NCBI GenBank assembly: GCA_964057225.1
Contig: OZ059898.1
Span: 14,136,001 to 14,200,000 of the forward strand
DNA: 64,000 nt
Direction: 5' to 3'
Origin: Auanema rhodensis
Taxonomy: Eukaryota; Animalia; Nematoda
Numbering within the stretch: the first letter of the stretch is position 1; each line of letters starts with the position of its first letter. This document shows positions 21,300 to 35,586 of the stretch, in pieces. The position numbers and the translations under genes are program-made. The notes below the pieces were generated by a model. The model did no database searches and had not been told where the DNA came from. It saw only the letters and a program-made list of their open reading frames with translations.

Positions 21300-24286
21300 C
21301 TAACTTAGCCAACTTGGTGATAAAACAGCGGTAAACACAGCACCTTCTGACTTAATAACAGGTGATAGAGCATAGGGATTCAGGATGAAGGCTGATACAG
21401 CTGGAGGCGATAAAATAAGTGGACTAAGCACAAAGGGACTAAGAATCATAGGACTCAAAACATTTGGAACAATTATAAACGGAGATAAAACAAAAGGCGA
21501 TAGTATTAATGGGGTTAGAACAACAGGACTCAAAATGAAAGGAGCTAACGCAAAGGGGGAAAGGATGAGTGGAAGTCCGACTCCTGGACTCAAAACAACT
21601 GGAATTAATGCCAATGGAGATAATATAACTGGACTGAACAAGATTGGTGATAGTACAACAGGTCCTAATATACGTGGTGCTATAATTACAGGAACAAATA
21701 CCCAAGGTGATAATATCACACATCCGAAAATTGAAGGAGAAAAAATAACAGGTACTACTAACAACGGTGAAAGGATCAGTGGTTGCGATGCAACTAAATA
21801 GTATTTATTGAACTTAAAATTGAAGTATAGGTTATACCGTCTGGTGCATTAATAACACTGGTGAACGTGAGCGGCATGAGTACGATATCCTTACGTCGAC
21901 TTACCTCAAACTTTGCCTATAATTTGAATTTAGAGTTACAACGAATGCGATAAAGTTCAAAAACTAAATATTACTTGTCCCTCGGCCATGAGGTTAGCTA
22001 CTGATTCAATAGCCGGTTCTATGTGCTCATCCGAAACATTAGACAAACGTTCAAGAGTTTCAAGATTTTCATATGGAGAGTTCTCTCCATAAAAGAATTT
22101 GAGTTGTTTTTCTGTCATTCTGGTGTAGCCGGTGTCGTTCATTACTTTGATCTGAACGTTAATGTGAACTTGATCAAATCGTATTATGTACCTGCTCTTC
22201 TGTTAGCATTTTATGTAATTCTTCAATATGATCAATCTTTCGACGCTCGGTATTGCCTAATATTTTGGTTGCATTGTCTTTGGAAAATACTTTTTGCTCT
22301 TTTTCAAATGGAATCTCATCTAATGTTTCATTGTTTGAAACGTAATCTTTTTGTAAAAGTCTTGTCATAGCAAGAAAGTTTTCCCTCATTTCTTTTCGCT
22401 CTTCTTGATCTTGAACATACTAAATTGGGAAGATCAGTTATGAAATCATAGACAACTTACTCTAATCATATCTACAGCTTCGGTTACACCAGAAGCTTCA
22501 AAAACAAAATTCATCCATTCTTCTTGGCTTTCGTTATCAAATACATTTAATAAGCTTGGTAAGCTGAAAATGCCGGAATCGTTTCGGAATGAAAGGAGAG
22601 TTGGAGAAAGCAGGTTGATCTAAACGGTTTTCATAAGTTTTTATCAAGAAAATTGATATAGTACCGTATCTTCTGCTGTACGTTCCTCGGGCGCTAAGGA
22701 CATCAGTTTTGGTGAAATCATTCGAATAGTCTTATTGTCGAAATTAGAAATATCCTGGCCAGATAACACCATACCAAGTTTAACACCTACAAATATATAA
22801 AAATTAAAAATATTAAAATGAATGAAAGCAATACCTTCACGAATCAGCTGGATTGGTGCTTTCATTAGCTGATCTCTTGGACTCAATTTCTCTTCTGCTT
22901 CCTTTGCTGAATTCAGTAACTCATCCCGATTATTCAACTCAACATCATCAACATCATTATTCATTGATAATTCCATATTCTTAATAAAACAATGAACTAT
23001 TTGTTAAAGAAATGTGTTTATATACCTTTAAGAACAAATCTTTTCTTAGAGTTTCATTAGCTTCTCTGAAATCTCGTTGAAAATCCTTGCTTCGTTTGTT
23101 TAAAAGTCGCTTCATTTTTTCTTTTTTCTTTACTAAAATACCTTCTTGTTCAATATCTTCAATAGTTTGCTGCCATCTAAATAGTTATAACTCTAAGTTA
23201 ATAAAGAAAACAACATGAGCTCTTACGATTTTTGCGGTTGATCAGCATTTTTCTTGAACGATCGTATGGTATTAGTTAGCTTTTTGGCTATTACAGACAA
23301 GGGTTCTTTGTAATTATCTTTGCTAGTATCATGCAAACTGTATGATGTCTAAATTTAATATTTAGAAAGATTTCAATAAGACTTTAATGAAAATAACAAT
23401 ATATGGGATTAAATCCTTACTCTTCGTTGTATTACTGGACGTTGCATAGTTTGGACAAGAGCTCGTTTAGTTCTTTTTGACTTCTTGTCTTTCGAATATT
23501 TTGATTTGGAATGATGAGAATTCTTAGATGTATGAGTTTTCCTTGATTTGTGTAATTTACTCTTCGATTTCACATAGTTTGATTTGACCGTTTCCTTCGT
23601 AGCGGCTTTATGAACAGGTAATGGTGGAGGCAGAAATTCTTCTCTTTTCCTAGTTATTTCCATTAGTTCAGAAATACATTTGGCATGTTCTTGGACGGAT
23701 TTCGATCTTTTTGTACATTCAAAATGTATTTTCTTAACTTCAGGATCTCCTTTTTTCAATCTTAAATACGTGAAAACTAAAATATTTGGAAACTAGTCAA
23801 TCATTACTGTTTAGTTGCAAATGCTGCCATCAGACCAGATACAGCCTGATCTGCCCAATGCTGATAAAGTTCGGTTCCAGCATCTGTTGAAATAGCAATT
23901 TTAGTTGTTTCTCCATCATATATGGGTGTATTGATAGGTACTTCGTGATCATCAATATCAGCCACATCCTCATCAGTAATAATGAAATCATCATCAATAT
24001 TAGACGAATTTGTTCGATGTTTAGTGTGATTTGTATTCAGAATAGTCTGAAATAGAAGATTAGAAAAATCAAAGCTTGTGTGATATGTGTAACTGAATTC
24101 ATCGTCGAATTGCTAAATTCTTGTAAATCTGACATGAGATTTTCAAGCCAAGGAAAATACGTACTGTTCAATTGTCCATCAAGCCTAGCCAATACTAAGG
24201 TTAGCAACACTAGAAAAAAAGCAAAGATGAATATAATAACAAGAAAAAAAGAATCAAATACCTATTGTGAGTGGACGTGGTAACAT
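21300..24286 (-). CDS. Moulting-cycle MLT-10-family protein (spliced)
   Basis: Signal-like MLPRPLTI/VLLTLVLARLDG; family motif ELYQHWADQAVSGLMAAFA; Lys-rich middle; C-terminal exon of ~5-residue xxLSP proline repeats ending AVLSPSWLS*. mlt-10 versus an mltn paralog cannot be resolved. Confidence 0.9.
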
Positions 24287-27200
24287 TTTGATCGAAAAAA
24301 TGCGAAGCAAATACAAACCACACCAGATGGCTCTCTGCTGAACGTGTAAGTTTGGATGAAAAATCTTCTTCAAATGTTAATGGAAGTTGAAGTTAAAATT
24401 GTTGATAACAAACAAGAAATACTGAGTAATGTTCCGTTTTCTGTTAAGAAATAGAGGTTATGAAACGAAAATTCATTTGAGATTTTCGCTTTCTTTGATG
24501 ATTCTTTAACCTCATTCACAACACGTCACTTTACTTTTGCTTGTTCATCTTAATACACATTGCTTTTCAGGTACATACATATTATGGAATGAAGTTTTTT
24601 TTCGATGTGGACTTTTCAAAAATGTTGTGATGATAACGATTGGAATCTTGTTTGACATTAGAAACAACAGGTAAAAGACCAAAGAAAACGGAAGACATTC
24701 TCTTTAACCTTAATATTTATATGATTGAGGTATTCATTAAACATACTATGTAAACAAGAAAAACAAGAAAAAAAAGGGAAAAAAGCAAATTAAATTTATA
24801 ATTTCTAAATCTAATTCGATGTATGAGATTTTCAAATTCATATTTTAAATATTAATATCCAAAAATATCTTCATATCCAAATTCGTTTGTCGGAAGCTTC
24901 TGCTCGAGGCTTTCTTACTAGTTACCATTCTCCATATCATCTATAAACTTTACTAAAGCATGTTTAAAAGCTTCTCTTCTTTCAAAAATATCTGCAAATC
25001 GTATACTCAATTCATGGCAACAGGATAGTGCTTGCTGCTATCTGACCCAATGACAAGTTTTAATGAATGATTGTGAGGTCGTCTGGTGGCCAGTCGTTCG
25101 ACCTCGTCCATCTAAGTACTTCCTTATGATGTCTAACACCAGATATTAAATATATATTTATATAATAGATATAATAATACAGACATTCTATGTCAAAATC
25201 AATCCATAGGAATTTTTGAGCTGTTTAATGCTCAAAGCTCTTCTCTTTCTTTTTTTTGATTTTTTAATTTCGGACATTCGATGAAAAATTACAAAAATTA
25301 GTTAACACAGGTTATTTAAAGTAAACTTTTATAAAAGATTATGTTTTTTGGCAAATATTTACTTGTTATATGATATGTCAAATTTTATCTGAAAACTGAG
25401 CCTGCTTAACAGAAATCTTTGTTTCAGCTCGAGTCACCGTAAGTAACAACACAAGGTAAGTGCTGTTAAATCTGTTTTTCTACATATTTAAGGTCAATAA
25501 GCATATTTTAAAAAATCATTTATCTTTGAATTAGATATTACTGTATCGTTATTATTATTATTTTCTTCTTTTTTGATGAAATGAATTGATATCCGTTACA
25601 TAGAACAATCAAAGAAGGATGATTCTTAATGAAAATAAAATTAGAATGTTACCACTTAAACTAGAAAAAGTGGTTAGATTATGAGAGAGAAATGATCAAG
25701 AAAATGAATTGAAAAATGCTTATGATTCTTCTTCTTCTTCTTATAATTAAGATTGAATAGAATGGTCAAGTGATCTTAACTAGAAATACAGTTTTCATTT
25801 TCTTAAAACTATGTCTACAACATCAACAACTAATGTATGTATATCCAAAGACCGTTCACATCTTCTTTCTCTTCTTTTTATATTTTTACAATAATTCGTA
25901 TTTTTAATTTGTTTTTTAATCAATTCTCAGAATAATAATTGATAGAATGAAACTATTTTAACAATATTCTTTGTAATACGTACTTGATGTTTTTCTATTT
26001 GACAACTTTATGATGCAACTATTTCAATAACTTTTCTTTTGCCACTAAGCATTCAAACATTATATTCTTCAATTCTATAGCATGATACAAGCTTTGACAC
26101 TTCCAAATAAACCAATATGTTTGTACTTAGATCCATAATTCACCTTACAATCCTTCTGTTTCTCACCACATTCCGTCTGCTCCTTCTGCTCTTATTGCTC
26201 TGTTCTGTTGCTCCTTGCATTCTCCCCCTCCTTACTCATCTCACTCTCACTCTCTCTCCCTCTCTCATTCTTCACAGTTGCTTCTCGTACTCTCTTAACC
26301 TCTCTGTTCCTCGTTTTTGCCATCTTTTCTTGGCCCTCCTATTTGACTGCTGACTGGTACTGCTCTTCTGTTCCCTTCTCTCCTTCGTCTTCCATTCGAC
26401 CTCAAAAGATTTCTTCTTTCTTTTCTTTTTTCTCCATCTTTAATCCGACAACTGTTCGTTCAGTCTTTCGTCGCCAACCGAGTCTTTTTCTAAACTAGAA
26501 TTTAGCTTTCTTTAGCCTGCATTTATTCGATTTGTACATAATATTTATATTGTTTATCATGGTTACACATCCACACATCTCAATATCGTTCAATATTCTG
26601 AACTCCATTCAGTTAGCCAAAAGCTTTCGTCATCAACACCTTCCGCAATAAAATCTGTCTGATATCATCACTTTCTCGGATTAATCTGTCAAACGTTGAA
26701 GGAAATTCAATATTTCTTTGTAATTTATTCTTTCTAATTGCAATATCACTCATCTACTTTGGTGTTTGTCCATCATAATACTGACCAATATTCTTGTCAG
26801 TGTAATAAGATGTCATCGTTCCTGTCAATAATTCCGGAAACTTCTTCTCTCATTAGTTTATGACCTTACCGACGCGTACTCAAATCTTTTTTTTTCAATA
26901 TCTGCCCAAATTCACGAGACAACTCAGAGATATCAGATGTACCATAAGTTTCTTAGTTCATCAATATCTGTCAATTTTTTTCGAATCATGTTCAAGTTGG
27001 CAAGTTTCAAACTAAAACCTTCTGTAAATTCTTTTAACTAACTATACGTATCTTCATTCAATTTATGTTAAATTAACGATTCTTAAACTTAAATATCTTT
27101 ACAAATAGATTGAATATAAACATTAATTCTCTTTTTTTGTAAGTCATTTCAGTCTCTCATGTCTCAAAAACTCACATCTAGCCAGATGTATCTAATTAAA

Positions 27201-27382
27201 CTCCTCCCATATTTTAGATCAAGCTATTCATTCATTCGTTGTCTAATTTTTCTTATAATCATTTGATCCATATAATACATTCTGATTTATTTCATTTCAG
27301 TTGCTCACTGTTTTACTCACCCTAACAACTCTTCGAAGACGGACAACAAACTGTTCAGAAGCTTTTGTCAACTTCATTAGAG

Positions 27383-30300
27383 ATGAGAATAGTCTATCTT
27401 GTCTTATTATTAGCTGGAACAGCAGGTATTTCATCCATTTTCAATATATTTTCATCAATATGATAATCTGTATTTATAGTTTATGCTGAGAACATCACAG
27501 CATTATGTATGTCGCAAGATGCTCAATTGAGTTGTGGAACATGTATTCAACAACATCCCCTATGTGCGTGGTGTAGAGATCCCGTAAGTAAAATCATTTG
27601 TTTATAAACTTATCAACAACCTTTTAAACTTTATTCCAACGCTTTTCATTCATCCAACAGAGCTATTTTAATATTTTAAAATATTTTTTAATCCATGTAT
27701 CACTTGCTTGTGAATGAAGAAGGAACACAACGAAGCTTGTTGTAAAATTGCTTTCTCATCCACAGGTGGACTAGAGAGTTCTTCTATCAATTTTCTCAAA
27801 AACATTTTTAAACGATTAAACATTTCTATGCAAACGTAAGGTAAATATTTCTGTTTTTGCAGCATATGGCCGATTTCAATAGTAGATGTCAACCTAAAGC
27901 TAGCTTCTTGGATGACAAAACTTGTAATCCAGACTATGTTTATTCTCCAGAAACTGAGCTAAAGATTGCTCATCATGTTCGTTGAAATTCATTTTCTTCA
28001 TACTTTCATCTGAAAATCATTTTAGAATTTGCGTATTGGATCTAAGAGAGCTGATGGACGCAGCCTTGTCCAACTTGAGCCACAACAAGTTGTATTGCGT
28101 ATGAAGCCAGGTAAATTCAAATACTTCTAAATATATTTTATCTATTATTTCAAAATTTATATAAAAAACATATCATAAAAAGTTTTAAACATCTTGAAAA
28201 CATATAAATATATTTGATGGATAAGTTGAAACAAAAATTTGAGAGAAAAGGGAACACTTGATAGTTCACATGTATGGTGGGATGATGAGATTTGAAGAGA
28301 AGAAGTGGGGGGGGGGGGCTGGGAGTAAGGAAGAAAGCTGAAGAACAAGAAGAAGGTTTTTAGCACACGAACAATCCACATCTGTTCGTTTTATTTAGAT
28401 TACACTTTATATTCAGAACAACAAAATAGTTATGAAGAAGAAGAGAGGCACATGGCTAAATAATAGTCAAGCCAAAAAAAAAAAACTTTAATTTATTCAC
28501 ATATTATACTTTTTCTTTGTGTAATTGTTCATTTGTAATAATGTTTCGTAGGAAACATCTGAATCTTGTAACTTGGAGAAGAAACATTTTTTTTTCAATT
28601 TAAACATCAAAAAAACAAAGTTTCTGCTACTCTATCTATATATACATATATTAACATTAACGAGTTTCATCACTTTTTCTCTTAACTATACGATATAATA
28701 AAAATACTTTAAAATAATAATAAAAGCATATATTATAAAAGGAATTGTTGTCGTTACTTTTGAAAGTAGCAATAAGGCGGTGAGCATCAAAGCTCATTCA
28801 CCAGACGTACACATAGTCACAGGTCATTTTGAAAATAACATATAGTTATGGATTATTACATTATTAAATAACAAAAGTTCTATGTAATAGAATAATCAAA
28901 ACTTCTACTTCTTACTGTTTTACTTTTGATTTTTCTTTCGATTAATTTGCAATCGTTGCAGGAGATGAGCTGACAGTTCCATTCAAATATGTCCATAACC
29001 CTGATAATAATCGGCATGATATCAAGGATGTTATCGTTCAAACAAGCCAATATCACGCTGAGAAGGGAGTTCAACTTCAGTTTTTCATTAATTGCAATGG
29101 GTAATTTGATTATGATTTCGATGAGTGTTTGTTATCAATATGATTATTTGAAGACAGGAAATTGAAGGCAAACAATGTGCTGGAGCTGTAGTTGGACAAC
29201 AATATGATTTCAAGATCAAGGTACTTTAGACGCTTTATACTATAAGCATATGGAGATACTTTGTACTTTTAAGGTTTTGCTTCAAAACTGCTCTAATGAT
29301 GGTGATGTTTCGATATCTGTTGGAGTTTATGGATATAATACCGTATCAGCCATTTACATAACCCCATTATGCGGATGTGAATGTGAAAAGCTACAACAAC
29401 GAGTAACATCAAATATATCTAGTGAATATAGAAATAGTTCCTATTATTTTAGGAAAAGAATTCAGCACTTTGTCATAACTTTGGAGATTTGATTTGCGGC
29501 CAATGTATCTGCGATCCCAAGCATGGTGGTCAACACTGTGAATGTCCTTTAGCTACTTTCGGAGTAAAAACTAGTTTTGAACTTGAACAACAATGCAGAA
29601 AGTGTGTTATTACTTCATGAATAATATCAGAAAACATGATTTTCATCTCGACGACTTTCAAAGATTTCACGTGTTACAGAGATTCGGAATCACAAGTATG
29701 TGAGGGAAAAGGAACATGCAAATGCGGTCGGTGTGAATGTAAAGCTCCAACTGTGAGTTTCCGGTCAATTACGATACATCTTCATGACATTATTTGTAGA
29801 TTCAAGGCAAATTCTGTGAATGTGATAGCTCAAGTTGTCCTAATAACTGCAGTAACAATGGAGAATGTTCATGTGGAAAGTGCAAGTGAGATTTTTGTAT
29901 TATTTTGATTTTTCATCATTATAAGAAAAAGAGAATATGTTGATAAAGAAGCCGAATGTACCTTCCTATTCTGTCGTATTCACTTTCTCTCTGTCTCTCT
30001 CTTTTCCTCTCTTTCTTTCTCTCCTTTTTCCGTTTGGGGCCCTTCATTTTCGTTTTCCTTTCTGCTTTCTCAAGAGCAGTTAATTGCAAAAAATGTCTTG
30101 TAAAGCAACCGCTTGATACATCACAATCTGATAAAAATAAAAAAAAAAAAAGACAGAAGAACATAGTCTCTCATTCACGTGCATCACGTCATACGCTAAT
30201 TTCTTGATATTACAGATGTGAAGAAGGATGGGAACGTGATGATTGCTCATGTACTACTGACAAGAAGACATGTTTGGAAAATGGGGTAAATATCTGATAA

Positions 30301-30792
30301 TGAAATTATAAATAATTTAAATTTTATTATTTAATGATAATCAATATATGAAATTATAGATTGAATGTTCGGGTAATGGACATTGTGAGTGTGGAAAATG
30401 TGTTTGTAACCTTGGCTATACTGGAGCATTCTGTGGCTCTGTGGACGAGGTAAGCATTTCCTTTTTCAACTGTACAATCATCATTGCAATTCAAGTTTTT
30501 TAATAATTTCTTATACACTTAATGTTTCAGATGAATCCAATAATTCATGAAACAGAAGATAATGATACTCAATCGGTATGTATATTTCTTATTTCTTCTA
30601 GTTTTTTTTATTCTTCATGTACTATTTCTAATTGAAATATGTTTAAAATTACTATTTATGTGAATCTTTTTTTAGAAATCTGATGATGAAGATGGCAATG
30701 ATGATGAGAATCAAGGAGGAGCTGAACCACAGACAGCTAGCTCCAGAACTTTATTTGTTGTACTTTCATTCATTGTTCCATTCTTGTTGTAA
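27383..30792 (+). CDS. Integrin beta-like protein lacking the beta-I domain, predicted GPI-anchored (resembles C. elegans C05D9.3, from memory)
   Basis: Signal MRIVYLVLLLAGTA; PSI domain SCGTCIQQHPLCAWCRDP..RC; hybrid domain QLEPQQVVLRMKPG..ITPLCGCECE; four I-EGF repeats (CGQCIC, CKCGRCEC, CSCGKCKC, CECGKCVC); acidic linker; hydrophobic end TASSRTLFVVLSFIVPFLL*. Confidence 0.88.
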
Positions 30793-31766
30793 TCATAAGC
30801 TTTTATTGAGAAAATGAGTAGATCAAACGTTTTTGCTCAATCAACCTCGATCTACCTTCATAGCAAATAACTTCTGAAATTGAACTTTTCCCTCCAAAAT
30901 CTCATAACGCAACTCATAATCGCTCTTCTCTGTTTCAAATCCCTCCTTCTCTCTTTCTCTCTCTTTCTATTTCCCTCGTATTTCTATTTTTTTCTTTGCT
31001 TATCCTTTCATTGCCTACAATTTCGGTGACAAATTTTTCTCTTTTATCGCCAATCATTATTGAATATTTAACTTTTTTTAAACGAAAAATTAATAATTTT
31101 GTGTTGCAATGTCTCATATGTAGAAAGCTAGATGCTTTAATATTTTTTGATATTATACAATGTGCTTTGATGGATTATAACTATAACTATGTTAATTATG
31201 CTATATCTATATGCTTCTTCACACATAAACACACATACACACACATACATACATACACCCTCCCCTCCCCCTTTCCTAAACAGAAAAATGTATATCTTCA
31301 TATTGGTTTAGATAAATATTTTAAAACTTAATATATCTAAATACATGAAATGAACTATGTACTGTCAAAGTACATATAGTATAGTATAGTTAATCACCAT
31401 ATATTATATAGTTTCACATCATATACTATATCATATACATAACTTTTTGTTTTCAAAATTACTTCTTGTATATCTGCCGACAACTGACAATCATCACCAA
31501 ATAACTTCAATCATATTCTTCTTTGTCCTATTCCACACTCAATATCTTTGTGGGCTCAATGAATTGACATTTGATAGGAACAACATTGACAATAGAGACA
31601 AAAGAAATCTGATACTTTCAAACAAATTAAAAAAAGTAATTTACAGTCATTTTTGAAACATTCCCTTCACTGTCTACTACTAATGCTAAGTACTAACTCC
31701 TCAGATCATACAACGATGTTCATATTTTCCCTTATCTTGAGTTCTGTTCTGTTCCTTCTCTCACTA

Positions 31767-31803
<37 letters not shown>

Positions 31804-33535
31804 ATCTCTCTCTCTTAGGCATGTGAATTCTTTTATTTGAACAGCAAGTTTAAAATAAAAATAAATAATAATATTATTATTATTTTAAACTTTCTTAATA
31901 TAACATTGTCCTGTTCGATATTTTATATACTTTCTTACTTCATTTTTATATAATTTTATCCATTATGATTCATTTTTCTTCATTAATTATTAGTTTTTAT
32001 TGATATTGATTGATATTCAGCTCATTCAATGTCATTGCATTTTGTATTGAAACCCTTTCAAGCTTTCATCAATATCAGAATCTTCTTGGGTGGCCAAATG
32101 ACTTGCCCTCTCCTCCATTTGCACTTTGATGATCCAGCTGAAACGACCAGAAAAAAAATCGAAAACAATCACGAGAAATGAGCACATGCACTGGTATTGC
32201 TTAACTTCATAAACTTATTGCTCTGAGCCTATTTAAGAACTTGAAGATAGAACATGCTAGCCATATGACATCAGCTCCCAAATATATGTGCTCTGCAGTA
32301 CGTGGGGGTAGCAAATGATAAATACGTGTCATGCTGAAATGACAGTTGTTTCGACACAGCCTAGAGGCACAAAGTCTACTTCCCATCTTTTTTCTCTAAA
32401 TGTTATATCTCTCATAGCCTTAAATCTCTTAGCTTCACTTGCTCTTTGTCATTCGTGTTTCAAAAATTTTCTTTTTTTCATTTTCATCAAGCAAAGATAT
32501 CGAAATATCATTGCTAGCATCAAACTACAAAGCTGAAAAAAATAAAAAGTTAGATGAAGATAATCCGTCCTGGAAAGCACAAAAAGAATTTGTAACTGCT
32601 GTCTGTTATAATGCATCAAGGCTAATCAGCTACTTAATCACAGGTTCTCTCTTGCTTGCATCCTCCCCATCTTTCTCATCGTTTGGCTCATTTTTCTTTG
32701 CAATCATCCGATCGAAGACATTTAAGTTTGAGTTTTCTAATCACATTGAATACAGCATACGAGTCTTCTGTCTCATTATATTCCTTTAACAGCTTAGTTC
32801 TATTCAGATTTCATAATTTTTTACGACATATACTACTGCTAAGAACTGATATTATACAGTTTGTGATGCACATGATTGTATAATTAAAATGAAATAAATT
32901 AATAATAATAGTTAATTGATTATATTTCAAGTATATAAAGTATATAATTTATATTCAATCATTGTTATTAACTAACGTTTATCTTATTCTTATTATTTGT
33001 TTTGTTTTTTTCGTAAAGCATCATGTTTTCTGATTTCAATGTACTCACACATGCACTTATTCTATATACTCTTTCAATCCATATTGTTTTACATCATGTA
33101 TTTGAGTTTCAGATGTATTAGTTGATAGTTGTTAGTTGTTTCTAATCATTCAATCATCCACTGATTAATAGTTTTATCAAATTCTTTAGTAAACCTTAAT
33201 CATTCATTGCCTTATGTCTGATCCCTAAATTCTTTGAAATGAACTTCTTATGAACTTTGAACTCAACCTCTTTGCATTTCGTTTGAAGTGTATCGCTACA
33301 GCTCAAACTAAGATATATCGATATATTTTTTAAATTTATGAATATTTTCTTTAAAACACTAGAAATCAAAAAGTTTTTGATCTTAGAAAGAGATCAGTTT
33401 CTCTGTAATTGAGATTAAATATGAATGAGTTGATTATTTTCGGAAACAATTCACCAGCTGTGATTTATACTTAAAGAGAGAAGGATATAAAGAGAGAGGT
33501 TAAAAGAAAAAAGAGAGAGAGGGAGAGACAAGTTC

Positions 33536-33539
<4 letters not shown>

Positions 33540-33576
<37 letters not shown>
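33540..33576. repeat. (AG)n microsatellite
   Basis: Direct read; ends approximate. Confidence 0.9.
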
Positions 33577-33578
<2 letters not shown>

Positions 33579-34839
33579 CGGAGAGCACTGGTTGATGAGT
33601 GTAAGTGATATCTGATGCAATATATACATTATAATAAGCTTTTAATTAAGACTACAAGAAAAAAAAACGTTTTTTGAAGTCAATAAGGTGGTCTAAATAC
33701 AAATTAAACATCTAATCTTCTTTTTTTAATTTAAGCTTTTCTAAAATTGGGTAAGATGTTGTTGTTTTTATCAATGTTCGTCTCATCAAAGAGCACAATA
33801 ATCAATCAATTGATATGATAAAGTGGTGTGATAAAATGATATTTCATTGTAAAGAGCTGATGAAGCCTCCCTGACTGTTATGAGCGTTGGTGAGTGGGAC
33901 ACATGCATCCTCAACCCATTCATATCAAAATGTAGCTTCGAAGGACGCATGAACCTTTCTCTGTCCCTTTGTCATCATTAAGAACTATGTATTACGATTG
34001 TATGTCCACTTGTTATTACTATATTATGTTTCTTGATGCTTGTTAGCTTTATACGTTTTCTAGGTTCATTTCATTTTTCCTTTATGATAACGCCCAGTAC
34101 TTAGGACTTGGCCCTTTTGCACATGCTGTCACTTAAGAGTGCACATCATTCACTATATCATATAAGTTATAATGGTTATTATCTCATATCATATGGTTAA
34201 TTGACATTTCATGCACATGCTTAACACTGACTGTTGAAAATGCTTCTGTAATTCAGCTTCAACCCTTTTTCTATCTTAATATCAAATTTCTAAAATAGTA
34301 CTGTAAATCGAATATCTATGTTAATTATTTCTTTTTTTATTTATTACTATAATCATTTTGCTAATTATTAAATTGATTACAATAGTTAATTCTTCGAAGG
34401 CTTTTTTTCTGATTGTCTGCACTCAGTTGGTTATCTGTGTACCTTGCATCTCATTCCCCCTCTCCCCCTCTTTAACTTTGGAAGCTCCCTATCTTTTCTC
34501 GGAGCCCGAAAAAGAAAAACTTAATGCCACTCCGATTCGCAGTTTTATTCCAACACAGCAAACTGCTTCACATTTCTTTGTTTTTTTTCTTCCATTCTTC
34601 TACTTCAGTAATATTCATAAACTGAAGAAAAACGGCGTGAAAAAGGTGAGGAACAGATATGATTAACGATGCTCGTACTCCTCCTGCTAAGCTGATAAGA
34701 CTCATCACCTTATTCTAAACTCATGTAGGAACTAGTCGCATAATCAAGCATTAATACAGCAGGTGCAGATGCAGCCTTGTTAATATGTTATAGAATGATT
34801 TAAAGCTTCTTACGTTATTATTAAACCTTTAACCCTGTA

Positions 34840-34887
<48 letters not shown>

Positions 34888-35586
34888 TCTACCTCTCTTT
34901 TTCTCTCTCTCGTTCTTTCTCTCTTTATTCTGTGTATAAAAGTTTTGTGTTTGATTTATCATTTGAAAAACTACAGTATAATCATATCAGTCAATTGCTT
35001 CTTGCTTTCTTAGCTATTACTTTGAAGAACGATTGAACATTCCTGCATAGCTTGTCAATAAGTTCATCAACATGTGTTAATATTGCTTACAATCAAATTA
35101 TTTTGAACTTCATTCTGATCTTTTAAGCCAATTCAATTTCAATGTAGTTTCAATCTAATGACATATTTCCTTAGTAGGCTCACAAATCAAGCATAATTAT
35201 CTAATTGATTCAGCTTTTTTCCGTATTTCAAATGTTTCATTGCAACTCGTTTACTGAAAATATCTGTGATAGTCCAAGCTAACACACTTCGTTCTCAATC
35301 TACAAAGCCCTACTCCCTCCCCCCCCCACCTCACACCGCCCCCCTTTCCATCATACTCTCAGACAGCATTGCTCAAGATTATTCAGTGCAAACCGATTTT
35401 TTTCTTGTTATCATGAGCCTAATATATCAAAAGAATCATAATGTTCAGTAATAACATTATCATTCCAAGCTTTTCTCCATATTTGCTTTAATATGTTGGT
35501 CTTTTTCTTAAATTTTTCGTTTTTAAGCCTTATAGAATATTGAACTCGATTGATAAAATTTTCTTTTCTCTCACAGGTTTTCAAAC

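Noticed and set aside
21385-21801. 138-aa Gly-periodic plus-strand ORF
   Set aside because: Antisense shadow of the MLT-10 proline-repeat exon (CCN codons read as GGN)
26117-26498. Leu/Ser-rich ORFs upstream of the integrin-like gene
   Set aside because: Low-complexity CT-rich DNA that lacks stop codons by composition
32030-32125. Possible minus-strand exon after a tttcag acceptor
   Set aside because: No partner exons or recognisable protein in any frame
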